Assembly (NCBI RefSeq): GCF_006345805.1
Contig: NC_043006.1
Coordinates: 16,988,001-17,052,000, forward strand
Direction: 5' to 3'
DNA: 64,000 bases
Origin: Octopus sinensis
Lineage: Eukaryota
Below are positions 38,722 through 50,900 of this stretch, piece after piece. Under the pieces are notes generated by a model, which saw only the letters and a program-made list of their open reading frames with translations, was not told the DNA's origin and ran no database searches. Made by a program: the position numbers and the translations under genes. Positions within the stretch are counted from its first letter, which is position 1. Each line of letters starts with the position of its first letter.

Positions 38722-39988
38722 TTGGGTTGAGGAATAATTCATGAGCATTTTTTTCAAATTTAAAAATGCACGCAGAAATAAAACACATTGGCAAAATGTT
38801 CTGCATTATTTAAAAGAGAATTTTTTGCTCTACAAGATGGTGTGTTTTGATTTTTTAATTTCATTGATTTTAGTGTATTTTCAGATCATTAAAATGAAAT
38901 GTCAAGTGGACAAAACTGGGCATTTTCGACACCATTTGCTTTTTGCATTTAATCAAGGTGTAAAGATGGCTGAAGCTGCTCGTGAGATTTGAGCTGTGTA
39001 TGGAGAAGGAGCAATGCTTCAAAGTACCGCCTGCCATTGGTTTTCATGCTTCAAAAATGGGAATTTTTACCTCAAGGATGGATCACACACTGGTCAGCTA
39101 ATTGAGTTTGATGAAGAGCAATTGAATCAACTTCATGAAAATCCATGTCAAACGACCAGAGAATTGGTAGAGCAGATGGACTGTGATAAAAAAATTGTGG
39201 TGAACCACCCTCACTGAATGGGTGAGGTTCAGAAACTTGGCACTTGAGTGCCACACACATCGAGTGAAAAACAACAAAAATCAACACTCCATAACTGCCA
39301 CCAGTTTGCTTGCTTGACATTGCTCAACACATAGTTACAAAATGTGTTTTCTTTACTGCATTGTTACTGGTGATGAAAAATGGTACCGTTACATCAATAT
39401 GAAGGAGCGAAAAGAATGGCTCAGCCCTGACAAACAAGCAACTCTGCAAATAAAACAAGACCTTCATCCTCGAAAGACCATGTGTGTGTATGGTGGGACT
39501 GGGAAGGCATACTTCATTATGAACTGCTTGAGCACAACCAAACACTCAATGCAGAATTACAGAGTTCAACAACTGCACTGATTCAATGAAGCAATTCAAC
39601 AAAAAAGACCGAACAGGCGAAATGGCATTCTTCTGCAACACAACAATGCCCATCCCCACATCACCAGTATGATCAAAGCCTTGACGCAAGAACTCGAATG
39701 GGAAGTGTTGCCTCATCCTCCATACTCTCCAGTCTTGGCACCATCTGATTTTCATCTCTTCTGACTGCTTTCGAACACCGTGTTGTGTGTCGTTCACTAA
39801 CGAAGGCTTGGTTGGATGAATTCTTTGAGTCAAGACCAGGAGATTCCTATTGCCGAAGCATCGAAAAACTTATTGAATGATGGGAGGAAGTCATAAACAA
39901 CAATGGAGAGTATACTATTAATCTGTTGTAGCTTTTTTGTTTAAAATAAGTTTGAAAAAAAATGCTCATGAATTATTCCTCAACTCTA
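38722..39988 (+). mobile_element. Full-length defective mariner transposon (D,D34D type)
   Basis: TIR ttgggttgaggaataattcatgagcattttttt and its near-complement at the right end. Remnants FRHHLLFAFNQG, *VPH (WVPHxL), IVTGDEKW, HNNAIPH, HPPYSPVLAPSDFHLF, with stops and frameshifts. Confidence 0.88.
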
Positions 39989-40207
39989 CATATATTTATT
40001 TATCTATTTATCTATTGTGAGCATGAATACATTTGCCTCTTCCTACTGTGTTGACATTTTTTTGCACTGCTTAAAAACAAAAGCACTATTATTTATAAAA
40101 GCCTTGTCCTTGTTTGTTTGCAATCTGCCACAAAAACCTATTCAGCCATCAAGATGTTCTTTGTTCATTGTACTAGAAGAAATAGTAGCTGGAGAACAAA
40201 TAGTAGC

Positions 40208-40861
40208 TGCATCTACATGATATGTTTTTACAGTGCACACTCGTAAGGGTTAGTTTTAGAGTTGGTTAGGGTTACACAGATCCATCAGGACCTCTGTATT
40301 TAAGTAGTACCAACAAATCTTCCTCAAATCACACTCCACAGTTTTCCTTTTTTAAAAGACACATCAAATACTGTAGTCCTTGATACACTGAGCTTGAATA
40401 AAAAAAGATTGAATAGTCAAAGCTACAGTGCCTTTGATGATAGATCTATTGATCAGGGCTAACCTGGAGTTACCAACAGCAGCATCTACATAAGCTGACT
40501 AATAGTTATTGACCCACTTCAGTGATAGGAGATGAAGATAAAGTTATGCAACAGTTATGTCGTTTTGTTAACTTCTGCTCCAATTTTAAAATGGTGTGGT
40601 TTAAGTTAATATAATATTAAGTATATCGAATCTAAAGAGAAGACATAGAATGCTCGTAGTGGGCTCATCCCCATATTTCTGTTGAAATACACTGCCTTTG
40701 TTTCAATTTTGAAATTAAAGAAGAATTTAGTAAAATAACTGTCATTATTATTCTGGAGTAATCTCGTTTCAATTTTGAAAATAATGAAGGATTTAGAAAA
40801 ATAATTCATTATTGATCTGGAGTAATTAGGTGTCAATTTTGAAGATAATGAAGAATTTAGT
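40208..40861 (+). repeat. 654-bp direct repeat, copy 1
   Basis: By manual comparison differs from 41500-42154 by one 1-bp indel and one substitution. Confidence 0.92.
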
Positions 40862-41032
40862 TAGCCAAAGTTAGCCAATAAATAATCCAACCAATTGTAA
40901 GAAAAAGATACCTCAGTAAACTTCATCTGATCCATACCAATGTGAAAAAGTGGATGTTAAAACAACAATAATACACAAACAGACACACACAAAAGCATGC
41001 AGACAGAGATATGAAACAAAAAGTGATATTAC

Positions 41033-41153
41033 CTGGTGATTTTGCATCGGTATGTAGTGTAAAAAATGTTGACAATTTGTTATTGTCTGTCCCTAGTTCG
41101 TCTTTGTACACTAGATTCCGCAAGGAGACACTTTTCAAATGACGGATCCTTTT
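41033..41153 (-). CDS. UVRAG: UVRAG coding exon (first visible; N-terminal C2 domain), KRIRHLKSVSLRNLVYKDELGTDNNKLSTFFTLHTDAKSP
   Basis: Acceptor ttatttgcag and donor G|gtaata; 121 nt, phase 0 to 1. Matches the recalled UVRAG motif QRRLRHLRNIAARNI...DTYFTLH. Confidence 0.93.
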
Positions 41154-41499
41154 CTGCAAATAAGAAGTATATATTTAGTTGCATTGCTTATTTACTAAAT
41201 AAAAAAAAATTCACAAATTAATGATATCACAGTTATTTATTAAAATGGTTATTCAGGTATTTAGAAAAAGGCTTGTAAGAATCTTTTTGATGAAATATCT
41301 CTAATAATTTTTTCATAATGATAGTAAAATACCAACCCATTTTAGTTAAAACTAATTTCTTAAAGCAATATTTCATTTATACAAACAATATTTGGTAAGA
41401 ACTTACACTGGCTCAAACTAACAAGAAAGTTTTGAGGTAGTTGCTTGACCTACAAGAAATAGTAGACAAATTGGCACTACTTAAATATAGAGGTCCCGA

Positions 41500-42154
41500 T
41501 GCATCTACATGATATGTTTTTACAGTGCACACTCGTAAGGGTTAGTTTTAGAGTTGGTTAGGGTTACACAGATCCATCAGGACCTCTGTATTTAAGTAGT
41601 ACCAACAAATCTTCCTCAAATCACACTCCACAGTTTTCCTTTTTTAAAAGACACATCAAATACTGTAGTCCTTGATACACTGAGCTTGAATAAAAAAAGA
41701 TTGAATAGTCAAAGCTACAGTGCCTTTGATGATAGATCTATTTGATCAGGGCTAACCTGGAGTTACCAACAGCAGCATCTACATAAGCTGACTAATAGTT
41801 ATTGACCCACTTCAGTGATAGGAGATGAAGATAAAGTTATGCAACAGTTATGTCGTTTTGTTAACTTCTGCTCCAATTTTAAAATGGTGTGGTTTAAGTT
41901 AATATAATATTAAGTATATCGAATCTAAAGAGAAGACATAGAATGCTCGTAGTGGGCTCATCCCCATATTTCTGTTGAAATACACTGCCTTTGTTTCAAT
42001 TTTGAAATTAAAGAAGAATTTAGTAAAATAACTGTCATTATTATTCTGGAGTAATCTCGTTTCAATTTTGAAAATAAAGAAGGATTTAGAAAAATAATTC
42101 ATTATTGATCTGGAGTAATTAGGTGTCAATTTTGAAGATAATGAAGAATTTAGT
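41500..42154 (+). repeat. 655-bp direct repeat, copy 2
   Basis: See copy 1. Its terminal degenerate subrepeats (aattttgaaaataatgaagaatttag) continue to about 42240. Confidence 0.92.
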
Positions 42155-45100
42155 CAAACAGCTGTCATTCTTAATCTGATGTAACTGTTTCAATTGAGTT
42201 TTGAGAATAATGAAGAATTTAGTTAAATAACTGTCATTACTGATATTGCATTTTAAGGTAACAAGCTGGCAGAATCGTTAGCGACATTTCATTCATCTGT
42301 ACATTCTGAGTTCAAATTCCATCAAGGTTGACTTTGCCTTTCAGGGTCAATAAAATAAGTACTAGTTGAACATTGGGATTGATGTAATTGACTCATTCCT
42401 TCCCAAAAAATTGCTGCCCTTGTGGCAAAATTTGAAATCATCTATATTGCATTTCGGACAAAAAGTTATGTAAAATTTTAATGGAAGATATTATATTAGA
42501 TCATTCTAAAACATGAAAGTTTGTATCACAATCAGGAGTAACCTCAGGCAGGTTAATATTGGAAAGATTGAAGAAAATACTACAGTTTAAATAACCAAGT
42601 TTTGAATAATGCAGAGTGTTTTTTTAACATACACTCACAACCATAAATTTGAGGGCTTGAGTCTAATTTATTCAAGCACAATACTAGACAAATCGTTATT
42701 TCATTGAACACCGAAAGATGAAAAGCAGAGTTGAGCTTGGTGAGGTTTAAACTCAGAACATGAAATGATATAAACTAAACATTGATTCTGCAAAACCACT
42801 GCCATTTTAGAACAATATAATAATAATAATCATGGTTTCCATATTCATTTCCTCATTTTGGTCTTAGGATAGGTAAATCCACAAAAATGATTTCAATCAT
42901 ATTTTGATGTTGATAGTTTTAAATGTTGTCAGTAATACCTACAACCTAATCATTTCATCTAGAGTTTTTATTGACTTTCGTAAATATTATTATCCAATAA
43001 TGGACAATAGGTTGGCAGAATTGTCAGAGTGCCAGACAAAATACTTTGCAGTATTTTTTTCAGCTCTTCACATTCTGAATTTAAATACCTCAAAGCAAAC
43101 TTTGCCTTTCATCCCTCTGGAGTTGATGAAATAAAGTACTAGTCAAATACTGGGTTTCATAGTTATCAACTAACTCATTCCCTCAATTTTTCAGGCCTTG
43201 TGCCTATACTAGAAACAGTTATTATCCAAAAGAATTCCTTCATGCATTACATACCCTTATTATTTGAGTTTTGTCTTGGAAACAATATTGGCAGTCTTGA
43301 GTGCTTTCTCATTGAGCTTACTTTAATTTTCCAGACTAAATGCATTTATCTAGTTTCATTCTTTTATGTTCTGAATTCAAGTCCCACAGAGACCAACATC
43401 ACTTTTTATCAACACCCACCACTATTATAGATAAAATAAGCGAGTCATTTAATAGATTATACCTATCCCAAACAAAATTAGCATGTAATTATTTAATATA
43501 ATGTAATAGATATATTCTCCATCTAGTGAATCAAGCTGCTTCTATTCCTGTAACAACATAACAAACCTGATTCCCATATCCACTTCCTCGTTTTGGCACA
43601 ATTCTTCTGTCCTCAAAACTATCAACTTCAGTTCAGAAATTTCTTTCTGTCTACACGAACTAATTTATAGTCAATAATTCCAGTGAAATATTAATAAGAA
43701 CTAATTTTACTTGGCTACACTGTATATTTTCTATGTTAAAACTGCATCAAAGACACTGAGCAATGCCTCCCGCAGAGAAATCAATTATACACTTTATTAT
43801 GTACAGAAATATGTAAATATAATGGAAATATTTAATATCTATAATTTTATGCTTTGCTTTTAATTGACTATAAAGAAAAATAAAAATCCATAAGTTTAAC
43901 CCTTTTATTTTTACTTTTCCAAAAGATAGTCACCAAGTATTAAATAGCTGCTTCAGTGATATATTTGTATAAGTCAGCAACAAACCAGCTGAGTTTATAA
44001 GAGTGTTGGATGGACTATCTTGCCATATTTGTTCTACCTCATTGCATTCTGAGTTCAAACCCTCATTGATGTCAAGTTTGCCTTTCATCCTTTCAGGGTC
44101 TATAAAAAAATTAAAAAGCTACCAATCTAGGATGGTGGACTGGCAGGACCGTAAGAGAGTTGGGAAAATATGCCTTGTGGTATTTATTCCAAGTTTTTGT
44201 GATCTGACAGCAACACCCATGACAACACTGATGCCAAGATGTATCAGCCCATGTTGGTAGCCTTTCCTTTGGACAAACATCAGAGGCATGGAGAGGAGAG
44301 TCTTGTCTGTATGGGCAACAGCTAGTCTTCCTCATAATAATCTTGACCAGGGCAGAAGCATGGCTGACTTTGACTCAGAGAGTCCCTATAATTTACACTG
44401 TGTCTTGGCCTATGTATAATGATTTTGACTACAAAGTGATTAACAAAAATATCTGAAGACACTTTTCTCATTGTAGTTGGTCAACTACACATGACATGAA
44501 TGATAGTCTAAAGCTTAGTTAATACAGTTAATGGTTTCTAAGAGTACTTTGTAAAGTGATTAGACAGTAGTTAAGGAGAACAGTTTCCAAAAACCAAATC
44601 ACAAATTTCAAAGAAATCACCAGCAAATCACCACTTTCTTTTCTCATACAATAAATGAATAAAAATCAGGAAAAAAAAATTAAAAGTAGAATATTCATTT
44701 GCTTTTAGTGATCAACAGACACAATAATAAGATGTTAGTAAACAAATTTATGGTTTTTTTAAAAATGAAAATGGTGATTACTTCATTCTAAATGTTACTA
44801 AGGTAATGTTAGAAATAACGTTTATTTCTAATATTACTTTAATAACTAACATTTACAAAAACTATAAATTTTTTTATGAACATAATTAGGTTACAACATA
44901 TTTTTTCAACTGCTTTAGTTGTTGTTTTTAGGACATTTAGTCAAAGGAAAGGTACACTACACCACAAAAATCTGATAAAAAGTTAAACTTATTCCATTAC
45001 ACAGCTGTGATAGTTAAGTGGACCTTGACCTAAAGCTCGCTTAAAGATAACAACTAAAACAATTCTATATTAATTATATTACTTAGCATGTAAAAAAGAC

Positions 45101-45419
45101 TTTAAATCATTGGAAGATAGATAAGATATCCATGTTAAATCATGAAAAATTTCTGCCATAACACTTAAAGTGTATGAAAATATTCACTGATTTGGACATT
45201 GTTAAATCCTCCGAATTTGGTTATAAAATTATGAAACCTTGCAAAACTTAACAGAAGTAGTATCATGTGGACCTTATTTTCCTGTGCATGCCATTAAAAT
45301 ACTTAAAAAACTTGACAGCAACACCAACAATCCACACTTATTCCTTTTTCTAACTCAAAACATGGAGTAAGACGTCTTCACTTAACTACTCTTCAACTTA
45401 CAAACTATAGCCAAAGAAT

Positions 45420-45960
45420 ACAAAACTGCTTTGATATCAAACCCCAAGCTTCCTCTTTACTACCTACTTATAAACAAAATAGGTAACATTTTTATAGTAG
45501 TAATACAAAATGCTGTTGCAAACTACACATCACATCAAACTTAATTAAAGTATAGTGAAAAGACATCTAAAATCTGTAACTCCACAAATGGTTTACCACG
45601 AGAATTCATCCTTTCAGTCTTTTTACTTATATCTAAATGACTTCCCCTATATCTCTATAAAGATATGGCATCAAAGCCTCAAAAGCAGATTGTGTCACAA
45701 TCACATCCTCCCATCTTCACCAGACACAATTGCATGTCAGCTACCTAGAAACTTGGCATTAGACAAATAGACTAAAAGTACCACTTCCCAAATCTACTAT
45801 TTCTGATATCAGATAGAGACACCTATACATTCAACAAGATAACATACCACACATGCTGAGATGATTAAAAAAATACAAAGAATTACATTTAATCAACACA
45901 ATCTGACATATTCAAACAATACATCAGATCCATCATGAGTTATGTCAGCCTTACCTGGAA
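45420..45960 (-). pseudogene. Possible second, highly decayed L1/Tx1-like endonuclease fragment
   Basis: Weak motifs (CLNM, IVSGEDGRM); many stops. Confidence 0.3.
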
Positions 45961-47904
45961 CCCCAGCCTTGCCACAACAAACCACAAAGAACATTAAATG
46001 GGACAATCCATGCACACAGACCATTCTTACTCTTTACACAATGAAACATACTCCACCTGGGTATGCAAAGAGGATAATTTGTTGATGCAACAAGCCCCCA
46101 ACCTTTATAGTCCCTCTTACTACAATTATAATCATGTGCAAATAGTCAGGTACCTTTACAACACAGTATTAAAAATACTTTTCCCTTGCACAATCCAGAC
46201 TAAAATAAAACAAATATGTACAAAAATAGCAACGGTATCAATTATTCATTGCCCACTAATTAGCACCAAATACAGCTAAGGTGCACACAACTAATGTTAA
46301 GTGCAGAGATACAACAGCCAAGTTGCAACAGAGTTCACCTTGTTTACACACAGAAACAGACTGTGGCAGTGGAAAAACAGCAATATACCAAGTGTGCCAC
46401 ATTGCACATAATCTTGGGCAAATATCTTCTACCCTAGCCACCAGAGTGAAGTTTGGCATAGAGAAGCTGGCAGAAGACTGCCAGATGTATGTATGCACAC
46501 ATACACACATGCAAGTGAGGAATGGTAGAATATCTGCTTAATGTTCATTGATCAAAAATACACAAATAGAATTTACGTTTTGATTAAGTACTTTAATATT
46601 GAGGTTGACTTTGTCTTTCATCCTTAAGAGATTGATAAAAATAATACTAGACAAAGTACTGGGGTCAGTGTAATCAACAAAGTCATAGTTTAAAAGATTG
46701 AAATCAAAAAGAGAAAAAAAAAAAGAAAAGAAAAGATCCAATTAGTGATTCATAAGGTTATGACAACAAATTATTTCCCCATTAGCTGTAACTAACTCAA
46801 GATAAGAAAAATACATAAAAATAAAATATAAAAAGGAAGTAAAACATACTATTAGTGACTCCAAAGTCTAATGTCTCCTAAGATTATATTACTATCTCAC
46901 TTACAAATAGTTGTACTAAAGCTTGTTCTTTTATTTCTTTCAGAACTTAAAAACAAACAATATATATTCATATCAGAATTCGTTTTTTTCACGATATCAG
47001 TATTTCTGTGCTTATGTGAGATAGATGGATGATGCAACAGTATACTATTCACTGAATCTGGATTTTGCAAACATCACTTCTGAACTGCCAAAGTGTTCTT
47101 AATTTGATCTATTTAATACTTTGCAAATCTTCTACCACACGTTTGCCTCCCATTCATTGGCACCTTAGCTTCCAGCATACACTATCAAATAGTATTATGT
47201 GTCCATACAAATGTATTTGTTTCTTCTGCATACATCTGCTAATACTTTTGTACCCCACTCACTTTCAGTTCTCTTGCGCTATCTAATGCCATATGGCAAC
47301 ATACATGTTACTTACACCTCAAATAGTCTGCCTTGTACTTATCAAGTACTTGTATTGAATTAGTACAAGTACTAATTAAGTACACTCAGTAACTCACCGA
47401 ATAAAGAAAACTGCATAGTCACCAGGGGAAATATTTATAGCTTTATATAGCACCAATAGTCACAGGTAAAGACATTACTGCATTATTATTGTATCCAGAA
47501 AGGTTTTCTATAATAATTTTAAGTTTAAACAATTCTCTGGAAACAAATAAAAAAAAAAACAAAAAAAAAAAAACTAGTATAGTCATTGCTTTGATAATCA
47601 ATGAGAAAACTGAAGCTTACTTGTGTCTCAATTTTAACCACCTAATACTAACATTTAGTATGTATTTATCATTGCAACAGAATTCATATTGACCCATACA
47701 AAAGGGATATTGAAAATATGCAGACATAAACAGCCATGAACTCATACACTCAATTATATGTGCAAAGATGCAGAACATACATATAGGAACATAATTTTGT
47801 TTTCACTGATGAAGGAATTTAAAAACAAAATACTGGGAAAATAAAACAAGATGTTATCTGATACATATTAACATATACATACACACACACACACACACAT
47901 ACAT

Positions 47905-48271
47905 ATATTATTTGTTTCAGTCATTTGACTGCAGCCATGTTGGATCACTGCCCTGAAGGGGTTTAGTCAAACAAACTGACCCTAGGACTTATTTTTTTAA
48001 GCCCAGTACTTACTCTATCGATCTCTTTTGCTGAACTGCTAAGTTATGGTGATGTAAACACACCAACACTGATTGTCAAGTGGTGATGGGGGAGGGGGCA
48101 AACGCAAAGACACACACACATATATGATGGACTTCTTTCAGTTTCCGTCTACCAAATCCACTCACAAGGTTTTGGTTAGCTCGAGGCTAGAGTAGAAGAC
48201 ACTTGCCATGCAGTAGGACTGAACTTGGAACTATATGGTTGGGAAGCAAACTTCCTACCACACAGCCACGT

Positions 48272-48275
<4 letters not shown>
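47905..48275 (-). mobile_element. SINE family C, followed by (CA)n
   Basis: Reverse complement of the family C body and head. Confidence 0.75.
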
Positions 48276-48312
<37 letters not shown>

Positions 48313-48319
48313 GCATTAT

Positions 48320-48460
48320 GTAATTATTTACATTTGATGGATATTTGTCCTCATTTTGTTTGTTGTTAACAGAACATTTTGGCTGATACACCCTCCAGCC
48401 TTCATCAGGTGTCTTGGGGAAATTTCGAACCCGGGTTCTCATTCCTAAGGTATTTTTCAA

Positions 48461-48493
<33 letters not shown>

Positions 48494-48563
48494 TGTCACT
48501 GCCTGGAATTGAACTCGGAATCTTAGGGTTAGTAGCCCGCGCTCTTAACCACTGCGCCATATG
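48320..48563 (-). mobile_element. tRNA-headed SINE with internal (AAT)n and a hammerhead-like tail
   Basis: A box TGGCGCAGTGG, B box GAGTTCAATTCC, (AAT)n, then GACAC-CTGATGA-AGGCTG...CAGCC-AAAATGTT. Confidence 0.75.
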
Positions 48564-48931
48564 TAATGTTTATAAGGTTAAGGTGATAGAATATTGACCA
48601 ATATCTGTGGACCATGCAAACAATTCTACTTACTCCAATCTGTCTGACAAATTACATTTCTACTCTGGATTAGCAATAAGAAGGACACCTGGTGTTCAAA
48701 ACAGGAGCATTACACAAATTTTCAAATATGTTAGAGTAACCCCTCCTGTTATATAACATACACACACGCACACTAGTTTATTAATTTCTTTAAAGTTAAA
48801 CCTTCTTTCCATTACCACTTACAAATAATCTACCTTGAGTTTCTTTGTTTCTTGTATATAGTCAAGCATACACATTACTGTTAAACTTAACATCAAAACT
48901 TAAGGTATTAAAGGATAGAGAATCCTCTTAA

Positions 48932-49153
48932 CCCTTTTGTTACCTTATTTCTGTTGAGATGCTCTGTGTTTCTTTCAATTAATTTTAGAAATAACAAAGA
49001 ATTTAGTAAAATAACTTAGTTATCATTCAGCTAGATTTAGGAACAGTAATTGTGACTGAGGTTCCGTGGAAGGTTTTAATTAAAAACTTATGAAAACAAG
49101 ACATTTACATTACAGAGCCAGAGCCGGTTTCAGCCGGGTTAGTCACGAAAGGG
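48932..49153. mobile_element. piggyBac-like MITE
   Basis: TTAA|CCCTTT...AAAGGG|TTAA termini. Confidence 0.75.
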
Positions 49154-49596
49154 TTAAACACCAGCCAAAATTCCATCCATCTGGAAGAGGTAAAAGGCCA
49201 AACACTACCTCTCTTCACCTGACAAATTATTGTTATAAACAATAATGATTTCTAATTTAGGCACAAAACCAGAAGCTTTGAAGGAAGTTCAATTTGATAA
49301 CACTGACCCCCCACCCTGTATTTGACTTGTACTTTATTCAATTGGCTCTCAAAAGATGAAAGAAGCAAGGCTGACCTCAGTGGTATTCAAACTTAGAATG
49401 TAAAAAGAGCAGGAAGAAATGCTGTTAAACATTTTGTTCCATGTGCTAATGATTCTACCATCTCTCTACCATAACAACAACAACAACAATAATAATAATA
49501 ATAATAATAATGTGCAGAAAGAGACCTTGGTGAGACCCCTGACAACAGGCTGCTGTCTGCTCTCACAGAATCAACCAGAGGAAACAAGACCGAAGT

Positions 49597-49786
49597 AAAA
49601 CAACAAAAACAACAACGATAATAATAGTAGTAGTAGTAGTAGTAATGATAATAATAATAATAATAGTAATAATAATAATAGTAGTAATAGTAATAATAAT
49701 AATAATAATAATAATATTAATAGTAGTAATAATAATAATAATAGTAGTAGTAGTAGTAATAATAATAATAATAATAATAATAGTAG

Positions 49787-49819
<33 letters not shown>

Positions 49820-49825
49820 TAGTAG

Positions 49826-49863
<38 letters not shown>

Positions 49864-49867
49864 GTAG

Positions 49868-49905
<38 letters not shown>

Positions 49906-49932
49906 GTAGTAGTAGTAATAATAATAGTAGTG

Positions 49933-49975
<43 letters not shown>
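49597..49975. repeat. Compound (CAA)n/(TAG)n/(TAA)n microsatellite
   Basis: Directly visible; explains the poly-L/I/Y ORFs. Confidence 0.97.
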
Positions 49976-49977
<2 letters not shown>

Positions 49978-50284
49978 CAATCAATCAATCAGATTACAAC
50001 CACCAAATAATCTTTAACCTTATAAACAGTACTAATTTCTTATACTTCAAAGAAAGCATCTGATTCACTCACAAATGCTTCATTCTTAATAGTTTCAGGT
50101 AGAGTTTAACTAGAAAGGTCAAACTTAATCTTAGGAAACTTTCTTCTCAACAGAATCATATTTAAATAGATATTGGCCTAACCTATAATTGATCTTCGTG
50201 TGTACCATGAAAAAACCTACAAAATAGAAATGGTTTACTATTAAAATAATCTCATTTTTTCCTTCATCTTTCATATATATATCT

Positions 50285-50646
50285 TTTAGCTTGTTTCAGC
50301 CATTGGACTGTGGTCATGCTGGGGCATCACCTAAAAGGATTTAGTCAAACAAATTGACCTCAGTACTAATGTTTTTGTGAGTCTGGTACTTATCCTGTCA
50401 GTCTCCTTCACCAAACTGGTAAGTTATGGGGACATAAACAAACCAACACTAGTTGTCAAGCAGTGGTGTGGGGACAATACATATATGCCATATATGTAAT
50501 GGACTTCTTTCAGTGTCCATCTATCAAATCTATTCACAAGAATTTCGTCAAACTGAAGCTAAAATAGAAGATACTTGCATGAAGTACCATACAATGGGAC
50601 TGAACCAGAAACCATGTGACTGAGAAGCAAACTTCTTACCACAAAG

Positions 50647-50686
<40 letters not shown>
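50285..50686 (-). mobile_element. Degenerate family C SINE plus (TG)n
   Basis: Reverse complement of the family C body; (TG)n at about 50648-50684. Confidence 0.7.
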
Positions 50687-50900
50687 TTTGTTTTCCCATG
50701 CTAATTTTTAGGTTTTGATGCTGTTCCTGTCACCAACTCTCAGCTGTTTTTCAAGTAAGCTAGCTTTTTAATCCAGAGGAACTCGAAAGCACAGAGCTAA
50801 TGGATGATTTGGTGACAGGAAAAGTCAGCAGACATCATTAGTTGCAGTCAAGTTAGATTGTAAATATTCCTACAGATACACACATACATATATAGAAATG

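Noticed and set aside
40606-42129. Twin 76-aa ORFs (40606-40836 and 41899-42129)
   Set aside because: They come from the duplicated 654-bp segment made of MITE-like subrepeats; not coding.
48490-48563. tRNA-like sequence (also the heads at about 2210-2284 and 35555-35630)
   Set aside because: No complete acceptor stem, and each continues into a SINE body; two have TSDs. These are SINE heads, not tRNA genes.
49571-50010. Poly-Leu, poly-Ile and poly-Tyr ORFs
   Set aside because: Trinucleotide microsatellite read-through.
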